Below are positions 36,801-50,935 of a stretch of DNA of 64,000 nt, one piece after another. Below the pieces are notes generated by a model, which saw nothing but the letters and a program-made list of their open reading frames with translations, made no database searches and had not been told where the DNA came from. The position numbers were made by a program, and so were the translations under genes. Origin of the DNA: Convolutriloba macropyga (taxonomy: Eukaryota); contig NC_134480.1 of NCBI RefSeq assembly GCF_964194025.1, positions 8,866,001 to 8,930,000 of the forward strand, in the 5' to 3' direction. Each line of letters opens with the position of its first letter. The stretch's first letter is position 1.

Positions 36801-39800
36801 TGGGTTATCATTCTTTAAATCAACAAAACAGTGAGCATCCACTATGAAAGATGACGGCAATGTTTTTAAATTTTCCGCGACCACTTACTGTATTTTGAAA
36901 TTAGAGCAATATGCTATGCTCTAGGAGCCACGTGGAACGATTGAAATATAACTAAGCTGATTGGATGTCTAGCCTTCCTTCCGTGTACAGCACCACATGT
37001 ATTATCACTCTTAGTTCAAAAAATTGAGCTGCGTTGTAGTACGAAACTCATCCCCCCAAATATATGTTTTTAGCGTATCTTTTGTCTTTTCGTTCATACT
37101 TGATCGTCTGATCTGCTTAAAGAACATTTTATGTATTGTCTTTAATCAAAGTCAGATACTGATTGGGTTTTCAATAGGAGTTAGACTCTAGTCCAGAATA
37201 AGATGAGTCATCATATCGATCGGGCATAGGATCAATTATTTTGACGAATAGTGCACCTACTTACGATCTTATTTTAATAAAATAGAAATCCAATATGGGG
37301 ATATACAATACGCGAAAATAAATCCAAAAACTGGCTAAAATTTTAAAAGTGATCGTTGGGCATCAAAGTAGGGATAAAATGTGCGTATAAAAGTAACGAA
37401 TTTGAAGACTGACCTACTAATTGTGCTACTGCAATTGTCAACTTAATGCAGAAATATAAAAAGCTACAACTAGAAAAATAGATCACAAGTTTTTCATTCC
37501 TTAACATTTATCAACATACACGAGGCTTTTGAAAACTGCTTAAAAATCTGCCGGAACTGCAACATTAGAAAAGAATTAATACAAGGGACTGTGCATAGGT
37601 TTTTCCGTTGCACGACAAATTCGAAATGCTTTGACAAAGCACTTCATACAAATCAGGAATGTTTGAAAAATCAGAAACTTGAAATTCGACTGCAAATTGC
37701 ACACAAATCTAGGGAAACACTCGTTGTAGGGAAACAGAAGGAATCAAACACCAAGAAAAAAGTTACACCATTTTCAAAAAAACGTTGAGATCAAAACCCC
37801 ACTTTTATATTGCATTACAGATGCAACTTAAGTGTGAGACTGAAAGAAAAGCTACAGAAGTTATCTTGGTTTAATTTTAATTTTCTGACAAGTAAAATGA
37901 AAACTTGCTTGCGTTCGCTTATGTCGAGTTTCAACAAAAACCAGAAATCTCACTTAGTTTATGAAATTTCTTGCAGTTCATGTGAATCCACCTATGTCGG
38001 CGAAACTTGCCGTCACGTTATCACGAGGGAAACAGAAAATCAGAGAAATTGATCACAGGTCGGGCAGCACTTTAGCGACTGCTGTGGTTCGTCAAAGTTG
38101 TTAGTTGGCAAATCTTTGAACTCCGCAGTGGCCTTAGAAAACGGATCTCATTGGAAGCATTGTACATAAGGCAACGAAAACGAAATTAAACACGCGCGAC
38201 AAACATCGTGGGCGGTAGATGACGCTCAATTATTAGTCTGACATGTTAATTGGCTTGTTCAAAAGGTTTTAACGAACACTATATGCAAAAAAGCATAAAT
38301 CACACAACTGTCAATAAACAAAACCTAAAATCTCAGAAAAGAATGAAAATAAACGACATTTTTCGAAAATTGAAAATCTAAGATTTCTGAAAGTTCAAAA
38401 AAACGATGTAAGCAAGTGATCAATTTCCAGAACCCAAAATATTTGATTTTAGTAATGATTATTGACATAGTTACATTTTGGTTTAAAACAATCTTAGAGT
38501 AAAATTGATAACCTGAAAAGCCTAGTTTTAGCAAAAACGTTCGTTTTAAATTTGGAACTAGACTATCTGTTCTTCAATTTATTTTAAAATCAAGTGGGTT
38601 ATCATCCTCTAAATCGACAACACAGTGAGCCCCACTATGAAAGATGACAGCAGCGTTTTTAAATTTCCCGCAACCACTTATTGTATTTTGAACTTAGAGC
38701 AATATGCTATACTCTAGGAGCCACGTGGAACGATTGAAATATAACTAAGCTGATAGGATGTCTAGCCTTCCTCCCGTGTACAGCACACCATATATTATCA
38801 CATTTAGTTCAAAAAATTGAGCTGCGTTGTAGTAGGAAACTCATCTCCCCAAATATATGTTTTAGCCTATCTTTTGTCTTTCCGTTCATACTTGCTTGTC
38901 TGATCTGCTTAAAGAACATTTCATGGATTGTTTTTAATCAAAGTCAGATACTGATTGGGTTGTCAATACGAGTTAGACTCCAGTCTAGAATAATTCGAGT
39001 CATCATATTGATCGGGCATAGGATCAATGATTTTGACGAATAGTGCACCTACTTAAGATCTTATTTTATTAAAATAGAAATCATAAGGGATATACAATAC
39101 GCGAAAATAAATCCAAACATTAGCTCAGATGTTAAAAGTGATCGTTGGGTTTCAAAGTAGGGGTAAAAGATACGTATAAAAGTAAAGAACTTGAAGACTG
39201 ACCTACTAAGTGTGCTACTGCAATTGTCAACTTAATACAGAAATATGAAAAGCTACAAATAGAAAAATAGATCACAAGTTTTTCATTCATTAACATTTAT
39301 CAACATACACGAGGCTTTTGAAACTGTCTAAAAATCTGCCGGATCTGCAACATTAGAAAAGAACTAATACAAGGGACTGTGCATAGGTTTTTCCTTTGCA
39401 CGACAAATTCGAAATGCTTTGACAAAGCACTTCATACAAATCAGGAATGTTTGAAAAATCAGAAACTTGAAATTCGACTGCAAATTGTACACAAATCTAT
39501 GGAAGCACTCGTTGTAGGGAAACAGAAAGTCTCAAACCCCAAGAAAAAAGTTACATCATTGTCAAAAAAACGTTGAGAACAGAACCCCACTTTTATATTG
39601 CATTACAGATGCAACTTAAGTGTGAGACTGAAAGAAAAACTACAGAAGTTTACTTGGTTTAAACTTAATTTTCTGACTAGTAAAATGAAAACTTGCTTGC
39701 GTTCGTTTAAGTCGAGTTTGGATAAAAACCTGAAATGGCACTTAGTTTATGAAATTTCTTGTAGTTCAAGTGAACCCACTTATGTCGGCGAAAATTGCCG

Positions 39801-42800
39801 TCACGTTATCACGAGGGTAACAGAAAATCAGAGAAATGATTCACCGGTCGGGCAGCACGTTAGCGACTGCTGTGGGTCGTCAAAGTTGTTGTTTGGCGAA
39901 TCATTGAAGTCTGCAGCGACATTAGAAAATTGATCGCATTGGAAGCATTGTACATAAGGCAACGAAAACCGAAATTAAACACGCGCGACAAATATCGTGG
40001 GCGGTAGATGACGCTCAATTATTAGTCTGACATGTGAGTTGGCTTGTTCAAAAGTTTTTAACAAACAATATATGCAAAAAAAAGTCACACAACTGTCAGA
40101 AATTAAAACCTAAAATCTCAGAAAAGAAGGCAAATAAACGACAATTTTCGAAAATTGAAAATCTAAGATTTTTTGGAAGTTCAAAAAACTATGTAAACAA
40201 GTGATCAATTTCCAGAACCCATAATATTTAATTTTTGTAGTGGTTGTTGACATAGTTACATCTTGTTTTAAAACAATCTTAGAGTAAAATTGATAACCTG
40301 AAAAGGCTAGTTTTAGCAAAAACGTTCGTTTTAAATTTGGAATTGGACAATCTGTTCTTCAATTTATTTTAAAATCAAATGGGTTATCATCCTCTAAATC
40401 GACAAAACAGTGAGCCCCACTATGAAAGATGACACCAGCTTTTTTAAATTTCCCGCAACCACTTATTGTATTTTGAACTTAGAGCAATATGCTATACTCT
40501 AGGAGCCACGTGGAACGATTGAAATATAACTAAGCTGATTGGATGTCTAGCATTCCTTCCGTGTACAGCACCACATGTATTATCACTCTTAGTTCAAAAA
40601 ATTGAGCTGTGTTGTAGTACCAAACTCATCTCCCCAAATATATGTTTTAGCGTATCTTTTGTCTTTTTGTTCAAACTTGATTGTCTGATCTGCTTAAAGA
40701 ACATTTCATGGATTGTCTTTAATCAAAGTCAGATACTGATTGGGTGTTCAATACGAGTTAGACTCCAGTCCAGGATAAGGTGAGTCATCATATTGATCGG
40801 GCATAGGATCAATGATTTTGACGAATAGTGCACCTACTTAAGATCTTATTTTATTAAAATAGAAATCATAAGGGATATACAATACGCGAAAATAAATCCA
40901 AACATTAGCTCAGATGTTAAAAGTGATCGTTGGGTTTCAAAGTAGGGGTAAAAGATACGTATAAAAGTAAAGAACTTGAAGACTGACCTACTAAGTGTGC
41001 TACTGCAATTGTCAACTTAATACAGAAATATGAAAAGCTACAAATAGAAAAATAGATCACAAGTTTTTCATTCATTAACATTTATCAACATACACGAGGC
41101 TTTTGAAACTGTCTAAAAATCTGCCGGATCTGCAACATTAGAAAAGAACTAATACAAGGGACTGTGCATAGGTTTTTCCTTTGCACGACAAATTCGAAAT
41201 GCTTTGACAAAGCACTTCATACAAATCAGGAATGTTTGAAAAATCAGAAACTTGAAATTCGACTGCAAATTGTACACAAATCTATGGAAGCACTCGTTGT
41301 AGGGAAACAGAAAGTCTCAAACCCCAAGAAAAAAGTTACATCATTGTCAAAAAAACGTTGAGAACAGAACCCCACTTTTATATTGCATTACAGATGCAAC
41401 TTAAGTGTGAGACTGAAAGAAAAACTACAGAAGTTTACTTGGTTTAAACTTAATTTTCTGACTAGTGAAATGAAAACTTGCTTGCGTTCGTTTAAGTCGA
41501 GTTTGGATAAAAAACTGAAATGGCACTTAGTTTATGAAATTTCTTGTAGTTCAACTGAACCCACTTATGTCGGCGAAAATTGCCGTCACGTTATCACGAG
41601 GGTAACAGAAAATCAGAGAAATGATTCACCGGTCGGGCAGCACGTTAGCGACTGCTGTGGGTCGTCAAAGTTGTTGTTTGGCGAATCATTGAAGTCTGCA
41701 GCGACATTAGAAAATTGATCGCATTGGAAGCATTGTACATAAGGCAACGAAAACCGAAATTAAACACGCGCGACAAATATCGTGGGCGGTAGATGACGCT
41801 CAATTATTAGTCTGACATGTGAGTTGGCTTGTTCAAAAGTTTTTAACAAACAATATATGCAAAAAAAAGTCACACAACTGTCAGAAATTAAAACCTAAAA
41901 TCTCAGAAAAGAAGGCAAATAAACGACAATTTTCGAAAATTGAAAATCTAAGATTTTTTGGAAGTTCAAAAAACTATGTAAACAAGTGATCAATTTCCAG
42001 AACCCATAATATTTAATTTTTGTAGTGGTTGTTGACATAGTTACATCTTGTTTTAAAACAATCTTAGAGTAAAATTGATAACCTGAAAAGGCTAGTTTTA
42101 GCAAAAACGTTCGTTTTAAATTTGGAATTGGACAATCTGTTCTTCAATTTATTTTAAAATCAAATGGGTTATCATCCTCTAAATCGACAAAACAGTGAGC
42201 CCCACTATGAAAGATGACACCAGCTTTTTTAAATTTCCCGCAACCACTTATTGTATTTTGAACTTAGAGCAATATGCTATACTCTAGGAGCCACGTGGAA
42301 CGATTGAAATATAACTAAGCTGATTGGATGTCTAGCATTCCTTCCGTGTACAGCACCACATGTATTATCACTCTTAGTTCAAAAAATTGAGTTGCGTTGT
42401 AGTACCAAACTCATCTCCCCAAATATATGTTTTAGCGTATCTTTTGTCTTTTTGTTCAAACTTGATTGTCTGATCTGCTTAAAGAACATTTCATGGATTG
42501 TCTTTAATCAAAGTCAGATACTGATTGGGTGTTCAATACGAGTTAGACTCCAGTCCAGGATAAGGTGAGTCATCATATTGATCGGGCATAGGATCAATGA
42601 TTTTGACGAATAGTGCACCTACTTAAGATCTTTTTTTAATAAAATAGAAATCATAAGGGATATACAATACGCGAAAATAAATCCAAACATTGGCTCAGAT
42701 TTTAAAAGTGATCGTTGGGTTTCAAAGTAAGGGTAAAAGGTACGTATAAAAGTAACGAACTTGAAGACTGACCTACTATGTGTGCTACTGCAATTGTCAA

Positions 42801-42916
42801 CTTAATACAGAAATATAAAAGCTACAAATAGAAAAATGGATCACAAGTTTTTCATTCATTAACATTTATCAACATACAGGAGGCTTTTGAAAACTGTCTA
42901 AAAAACTGCCGGATCT
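33805..42916 (+). repeat. Five-unit tandem array (about 1.79 kb) of decayed PLE 3' halves (thumb, GIY-YIG, downstream region)
   Basis: Recurrent HLVYEISCSSCESTYVGETCRHVITR at about 34620, 36160, 37950, 39740 and 41525. ORF offsets 37591 to 39379 (1788) and 39379 to 41164 (1785). Confidence 0.93.
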
Positions 42917-42919
42917 GGG

Positions 42920-45400
42920 TTCGCTGCTTACATCGTTGAATATTTTGCAGAGATCTCTGTGAAAATATTTGATGAATGATCCAGCAGCTCTCTGGAGCTC
43001 AAAAGCTATGGACCGGAACATTTAGCCTTTTTCAGCAACTTCTCTATGTTTTGCTTTTAGTTCTTTAGACTGTTCGGCTGCTGTGACCGTATTGACAACC
43101 TATGCACTCCGAAGGTTAGCAAGGCAAGCCAGTTCACTACCGTAATATCACTCAAAATCTGCTTATTTTTCTTGCATCCTTCAAATGGAAAGCCCAACGG
43201 CACTCTTGTTGTCTATTCTGTAGAGATGACTCGGTGCTAGCTTTAAGGCAATGCAAAAAGAATTCAGGGTCTGCTTAATCGAATGGCTAAAGTTAGAGTG
43301 GCGAGGGCATCTCCGTTCTTGACTGGGACACGAATGACCCTGCCAATAGTCTGACTTCATCCCTTCGAAACATACGCAGTTGTGATGTTCACAGACGTTG
43401 GCTCCCAGGCGCAAACCCCTTGGATCTCTTAGTTGTTGATTCGACAGATTCAGATTCCGTTCTCTACCATTTTTCTCAGCTAGAATTGAAACTGCAGTCA
43501 ACAACTTGCTCACCAAAGTAGTTAACAGGAGTCCTGTGAGTGCCCACTGCTGGAGGTAAAGAAGCGCGAGAACAGCAAGCATTTGTGCTGATGAGACACC
43601 AATTCAACCAAATGAGGAGAGCAAGATTGATTTCGTCAGTGGCCGGGAGGGCAGACCAACTGTTGGCAAAACTCATTATACTTTTGAAGACATCGTGATT
43701 GTTGGTGATTAGCGGTTCTGAGAAACCAGGCGAGGGAAAATTCTTATCCCATCGCTTTAGGTGCTTTTCCAAGAGCTTCTCAGAGCTGCTTGTACTAAAT
43801 GGGTGAAACATGTTGTCAGCTCAAAACAACCAGAGAACCAGCTCACATGTAGCCCTTTTCAATTTTTGCTGAAAGTTTTTAACGCATTGTTCAACATAAC
43901 TGATATTGTTATGGGTATTAAATCAACACAGGGGGACAGTGATCTTATTAACTCTGTTCTTCTGACTTCTGACTAGTTTATTTGTTTTGTAATTGTTGAT
44001 TCGATATTTTCAGGTTTTTCTTGTTGTATTTACTTTCTGTAACCACTGAGAATTTAACTTGCCTTGGAAGCTATTAAAACGTTTGACTCCAATGGACAAA
44101 ATTTGAATATGAGATCACCAGTGAGTTTCTCGTAAACTCGCTTCGACCAATTTGTTTGATGTTTAGTCTCAGGTGCCTCCTTAAACTGTGTCTTCTCATA
44201 CGAGCTCTCTAAACCAGAATATAATGCTCGGTCCAGTGAGCGCCCGCTGAGGAAGCTTAAAAAAAGGAAACAGCAATTTTTGCGCGAATAAGACACCAAG
44301 TCAACCCCTTGAAGAGAGCAAGACTGACTAGAGAAACTGATTGTTAGCAACATATACATTTTTTACCCCGCTTAAATCTAATTTTGAAATACCATCGTAT
44401 TTCTCTTGTAAATCTAGATCCAAGAAAAACTGACCTGTTATAAAAAATTAGAGCAATTTCGGCGTACTGCAACAATTTCGGAAGAGAGAAAAACCAAAGA
44501 GCGCATCCAGTTTATAAAGAATTTCTGTAAAATTTTCCAGATTTTCGGGTTATTCTGAGAGCAGAGAAAGCCACATGTTGTTTCGAATTGGGGCTTATAA
44601 AATTACAAGATCCTCGTTGGTTGTAACTTTTATTCCGGGCCATAATTTTGCACATTAATTAAGTATGTTAACTTAGTGGTTCTTTGAGACTGAGTCGGTT
44701 CTCCCAAGAAACTCAAATCACATTTTCCAAAGTCAGGACTCAAGCCGAGTTCCCTCTCAAAACATAAAAATTTGTCGTACATTTTTTAGTAAAATTCTGT
44801 AGTAATCTGCAAGATTGCCATCGTCCAAGTAATATGTGTTGAGTTTTGATTTCATTTGATTGACGAAAATTTGTATTGTCTGGACAAATGTCGGTGGAAA
44901 AGGGAGGTGCTTCCTTGTCCCCCTGTTGACTCTTTTCTCACGACGACATAATATTACCTCCATAATATAGGCAATTCGGTTGACTATAGGCGGTGTGTGT
45001 ATAGATTTAAAAAATGGTCTAGACTTTGCGTAGACGTTTAGGCACAGGAGTTGATGAAGTTTCTTTAAAATCTAGTTTAAGTGAAACATCAGTTTTGAGG
45101 AAAGTGATGCCAGCATATGTTTGGGAAAAAATGAGCGTTTGAAGACATCGTGCTTGTTTGTGATAAACGGTTCTGAGAAACCAGGAGAGGGAACAAATTT
45201 ATTCGACCGCTTTGGGTTCCTATCCAAATTGCTTGTGTTTTATGTGTCATATTGGTCGCAAAAACTCAAGCGAACGCCGGCTGATATGTTGCCCTATTCA
45301 AGCTTTGCTGAAATCATTTTAGCGCGTTGTTCAATATCATTGATATTGTTATTGGTGTTGTATTAACACCGGAGGATGATGACCTTTTTAGCTCTATTCC
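42920..45400 (-). mobile_element. CRE-like (RLE) non-LTR retrotransposon relic, internally rearranged
   Basis: YYLDDGNLAD in ORF 44757-44963. QQLRDPRGLRLGANVCEHHNCVC...HSC...RHS...HLYRIDNK zinc/RLE region in ORF 43181-43582. Segment at about 43680-43960 is repeated at about 45137-45400. Confidence 0.75.
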
Positions 45401-46447
45401 TCTTATTAATGAGTGAGCTCAAGCTAGCCGTTTTATTTCCAGTACTTTTGGAGTGGCTTAGAAAATAAAAAATAGACGCAAAGAACATGATACATAAGAG
45501 CGTTGGATGATTCAATTATTTTCTCATCAATTATGTCCGAGAAACAATTCGTCAATTGAAAAATTGTAACCCTAGAAACGCGCTTTAGAAGACTTAACAA
45601 TCTTATCAATGCTCAAGAAATTATCTAATTGATCGCATCACCGACAAGTTTCACATATATACATTTTCAACACTTAAACTATTCACGTTGTTCAGAAACG
45701 TTTTGAGTTAAACCAACGGAGATAATAGATGCCAGATAGCAAGATACTTAAAAAAACAATCACAATGTATCCAATTCAAGAGTCCTGAATGTTTCGGACT
45801 GTTTTCAGCGTTGCATATCTTATTAAGTTTTTAAGTAATTAATTGTAAAATGAAATAATGGAAAGGAGAAGGTCTCGAAAAACAGCTAATTTAACTGAAC
45901 TTATAAAATAAAAGTTAAAAATGAGGAAAGCGTACAGAAAACATGAAGCAATAAACGAGCTCAACCGACGCCAACTGATGGCCAGGTTATCCTGGAGTCT
46001 AACTTCAAAGCGAATCCTTCTGAGTCACAGCTCATCTTTTAGCCCAATTCTTCAGTGATGTCGGCACATATCATATCATATCACCAGTAAAGTTTGTGAA
46101 ACATCAACCCTGTTCTTTAAAACGGAAATTAGTTGTGGGTTTTCCCCTTTACTGCTTCCGCCACTCAAAAATTTTTTCCTCATTAGGATATACTTCTCAT
46201 CATGTTCGAGGGATATACGTTATATGACCACTAAGCTGGGTGGGGCATATATGGTACGAGTGGGGCCCAAACTCTAAACCCGTCAACGATAAACCAGAGG
46301 CTTAGGATAACGCACCGTCTATCGGCTGGGGCAATATGGAATAGCAACATTTCATAAGACAGAAAAACAACATATGTCTGTGTTAATAAGTTGAATCAAA
46401 TGCTACACAAATTTAATTTGTGACCAGAATTTTACAGTTGCTGGAAG

Positions 46448-47934
46448 CCCGGGTTGCCCATCATACATTTTTCCTTAATTCCTTACAAGATCATATATGA
46501 TCCCCGGTAATCATACAAGGTCATATAGGATTTGTATGGTTCCCCTTAATCATAAAACTTCATACAAAAAATCAATATAGTTTTAAACCACTCTAATCGT
46601 AACAGCTATAACGCTCAATCGGTAAAAATCGGTACACATCAGAGTAACCCAACAATTAGTTCTCCAAATTCATTTTTCCTTGTAATAATACGAGGTCATA
46701 TTTGATTTGTATGATTCCTTGGTAGTCATACGAGGATCATACAAAAATATAACCTACTCTCAAAACGGCCTCAATCGCTATGTTCCAGGTTGCTCATACA
46801 GAAAAAATCAATCAAATATAAAGCGTGGAAATTGTTTTTATTCTTAGTAAACATACTAGGTCATATAAGATTTGTAGGATTTCTTAGTACTTATACAAGG
46901 ATCATACAAAAATTTTCCAATGATGCCTCGGATTTTAAAGACTGGTAGTGGGTTTCAGAAGCAACACATAAGGCCATATAAAGCACTTTTTAAAAAGCCA
47001 AAATTGAATAAATAAATTCTTTGTGGTCATAATTCGTCATATATGGTTTATATGAATTCTTGGTAGTCATACAAGGATCGTAAGGATTTTAAAAAAAGTT
47101 ATTTAAAAAGAAACTTTTGGCTTGTTGAAGTTCTTCGTTACGCAAACATAAACATGAACAATCACAGTTTAAAGAAATCAACATCACCAGTAAAAAAAAG
47201 ATTCTTTGCAATAGGACTATTTAATTTTTAGTAGAATTGAGGCGTTTGATCACGATTAAACTGAATATTGGATTGATAATTATTTGTTTGGCTTCCAGTA
47301 AGAACGAGACTGCTCACAAACTAAAATTTCTTTTATGAACCTTGTATGAAACCCAGGAAATCCTTAGTGATCCTTGTACGAAATCAGGAAAATCATATAT
47401 GATCCCTATAAGAAATCGAGGAAAAGGAAGTTTTTCCTAGCACGACGATGGATGAAAACCTAGCTGATCTTGCATAGCTTTCTCTAGTAATACAAGGACT
47501 AACAACTACTTCCTCGTCGTACGGGAACCTTTGTGATATCCTTGATTTCTCACAAGGATTATATATGATTTCTTCAATTTCATACAAGGATCATATATGA
47601 TTTCCTGGGTTTCATACAAGAATCATGTGTTTTCTGGCTCTGATACTTCTACATAAATAGTTTTTCAGCCTTTTTTGAGATAATGTGAGATGTTTTTTGT
47701 AATTTAAATCCTTGATTTCCCATAAGGATCATTAATGGTTTTCTCGATTTCATGCAAGGATCATATATGGTTTCCCGGATTTCATGCAAGGATCATATAT
47801 GATTTCCTTGGTTCCATGCAAGGATCATATATGATTTCCTTGGTTCCATGCAAGGATTGTACTAGGAAATACTTTTTGATTTTTATGACATCAGATATGA
47901 TCCCTGTATGGAAACAAGGATGCGACGACCCGGG
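46448..47934. mobile_element. Non-autonomous foldback/MITE-type element with CCCGGG termini and internal repeats of about 31 bp
   Basis: Starts CCCGGGTTG and ends CGACCCGGG. Many (C)ATACAAGGATCATATATGATTTCC-type subrepeats, in tandem at 47750-47857. Confidence 0.7.
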
Positions 47935-48589
47935 AGGGAATTCACGACCGCAATTTGTAGCCCGCAGTGGGATTTACTAATCTCTGATTGAATTCAAGTT
48001 TTCGGTGGTTTTAAGAATTATTAGTTTTATTTAGGCTTGAAAAATTAACAGATTAACGTCCTGTGCAATGCTGACACACATAAAACGGAGCTTTCTTTGT
48101 TTCGCAATGGTAATCTGGTGTGTTCTGATGTGTTGTCCTGATCAACGCTTTTACTGCTCTTCAGAAATTTCTCTTTGCTCAGTTGGTTAAGACATGCAAT
48201 TCCTGGTATCATGACACCTGCGTATTACTATATGAAGATGAAGTAGTGGTTAGATGCATCTTGAAACTGCTTATAGATATGCAATACCTGGAGGGAGATA
48301 GTTGTTAGGGGTCTTTCCCATTATAGCGCCCCCCCAACAAAAATATAGCCTCCATAATTATGTATTTACAATGGTCGGGGTATGAAACATGATCAGGGGA
48401 TAATAGGTATTCGGAAAAATAAAGTGGGTGGGCTAGATTGGGGAAAGACCCGGATTTAGAGCAAAACGGGCTCAGAGCCGAATGAGAAAAAAATGAATAT
48501 AACAGCCATATGCCTAAATTTGCTTGGCAAATGATCCGATTGCGTTTGCTACTTTCCAAATTGTGATTCGCGGAGCAAGAAAACCGTAT

Positions 48590-48713
48590 CGGGAACTGTT
48601 AGTATCTTTTGTGGTTTGTCAAGATATAGCAAAAACTTAGTGATAATGACGCGCTTCATTATCACTAAATTTTTGCTATGTCATGACAACCCAAAAGATA
48701 CTAACCGTTCCCG
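48590..48713. repeat. Long imperfect palindrome (arms of about 60 bp)
   Basis: CGGGAACTGTTAGTATCTTTTG...TTAGTGATAATGA is mirrored by TCATTATCACTAA...CAAAAGATACTAACCGTTCCCG. Confidence 0.9.
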
Positions 48714-50452
48714 CTAAGCTATATTTTCCTTTTCAATTTTTTCGGGTGTTTGACTTAGTACCTATCAAAATCCCTCTGCAAAGATGGCTAATTTTGGTTT
48801 TGAACTGAAATTTTTAAACTTGGTCAGTTCCTATCGCTCGTTTATTTGCCAGAGTGTTTTTTCTTAGATGATCACTTTCAGATTCCGCAGAAATGACAAG
48901 CAGAGTGACTAAATGAAGCGCTTTCGGACAGTTGCTCTTCATCGCTTTTATTCAAGATGTTTCTCAAGCCACGGAGTCCTCTTATCGCTATCTGTTTGCT
49001 GTTTGCTTGTTGCTTTCATCTTTCGAAAAATTACAAAAAGATTTCGATTATAAGATTCACAATTAAACTGTTTAAAATTTGAACACCTTAAGCGTTTACA
49101 ATTGCAAATTAATTACCTCTAACCGTAAAGACACTAATGAACTGCTTGTGGTCCAATTTATTGAAAAATTAGATCTCAGCATATCTTGCAATCAGTCATG
49201 GAATAATCATCTTCATACTAAAAGTCTGTCTGCGAGAAAATTGTTCCGTTTTTTTAAAGATAAATACATCATGGTCCTGCAACTAACAAAACCTTCTCTA
49301 ATAGCATTTATACACTCAAAACATATACTTATTTACGGCTTTAAAAATTGATTCCTTTCATTTGCATTCCAACAAAAACGCGAATTTTTTAATAAGCCTT
49401 ATTTAAATTGATTCGGAGGACGAAAGAAGAACAGTGATCGATAAGAACCAAAAAGACTCTTTTTATCTACTTGTCTATAATGTGGTTTTCCTCAATAAAG
49501 CCGTAAATTGACTGAACTAAGTTTACAAACTTTAAAAATGCGAGAGATGTTTCAGAGGATCGAGTTTCCAAGGAGTATCACTCGTGTAACCCTGTCCAGA
49601 GTTCTCTGGTGAAAAGTTCTTATTACAGCGTGTATCCGGAAACTATTGATTATCTAGGGTTCGTGAGTTGGATGCGCTCCACTTGTCCTCTCCATAGCCC
49701 CTCTCCATGGCCCCTCCAGATGGTTTGCGAGAATTCACCACGTACAAAAGAGACTATTCACATTCTACGCGAGCGAACATCTCTCAAACACTGGCCAACA
49801 GTTTAAGAAATATGATCTTGCGATATAATTTCATAAGACTAATGATGGTAAGAGCGAAAAATATTTCAGATTCAGGACGCTTCAGTTGTAACATAGCTCT
49901 ACCTTTAAAAAAAACTGTCAGAAAACGAAAAGTTGTTGTCTGAGCTGCAATGTCTGCTCAATGAATTGACATAACGCTTCTTCTTTTGTTTTGATGGAAA
50001 TTTTGAACCTTGTAGTTCTTTTGTCTTTTCTTTTTTTCCCTTTTTTTAAGACTTTAGGGCGTTTTATATCAATGTTATATGTCAAGTGAGAACCAAAACT
50101 GAGGTACCCTGCAATTCAGTATTACCACTCACGGACAGATTCAGCTTTTTGATTCTCTGCCATCGTTTTACGTCGATTTTTGTGGATATGGAATATTCGA
50201 CAAAAATATATTTGATTAACGTTTCCGCAATGACATCGATTTTGCAATCACCATGAAAAATTTTCAAACTATATTCACCTTTCCATCCACAGCTAATCAA
50301 AGATGCGTTTTCGGAACCACGTGACTAGCAAATACAAAACCAGGTGACTAGCAGGATAAATGGAATTTGAAAATTACGAAACGGTGGAAGTTGTTAATTT
50401 GTTCTTAATTAGCTGAAACATTATTTGAAAACTACGTGTTACGACCTTTTAT

Positions 50453-50935
50453 NNNNNNNNNNNNNNNNNNNNNNNNNNNNNNNNNNNNNNNNNNNNNNNN
50501 NNNNNNNNNNNNNNNNNNNNNNNNNNNNNNNNNNNNNNNNNNNNNNNNNNNNNNNNNNNNNNNNNNNNNNNNNNNNNNNNNNNNNNNNNNNNNNNNNNNN
50601 NNNNNNNNNNNNNNNNNNNNNNNNNNNNNNNNNNNNNNNNNNNNNNNNNNNNNNNNNNNNNNNNNNNNNNNNNNNNNNNNNNNNNNNNNNNNNNNNNNNN
50701 NNNNNNNNNNNNNNNNNNNNNNNNNNNNNNNNNNNNNNNNNNNNNNNNNNNNNNNNNNNNNNNNNNNNNNNNNNNNNNNNNNNNNNNNNNNNNNNNNNNN
50801 NNNNNNNNNNNNNNNNNNNNNNNNNNNNNNNNNNNNNNNNNNNNNNNNNNNNNNNNNNNNNNNNNNNNNNNNNNNNNNNNNNNNNNNNNNNNNNNNNNNN
50901 NNNNNNNNNNNNNNNNNNNNNNNNNNNNNNNNNNN
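50453..50935. other. Assembly gap
   Basis: Run of N. Confidence 1.

Noticed and set aside
46480-47860. Short repeats with variable spacers resembling a CRISPR array
   Set aside because: Eukaryotic context, degenerate repeats, irregular spacing, no cas genes, and bounded by TIRs.
48306-48335. GGGGTCTTTCCCATTATAGC motif (also about 27170 and inverted at about 63850)
   Set aside because: Probably ends of a dispersed MITE family, but no paired termini could be defined in this window.
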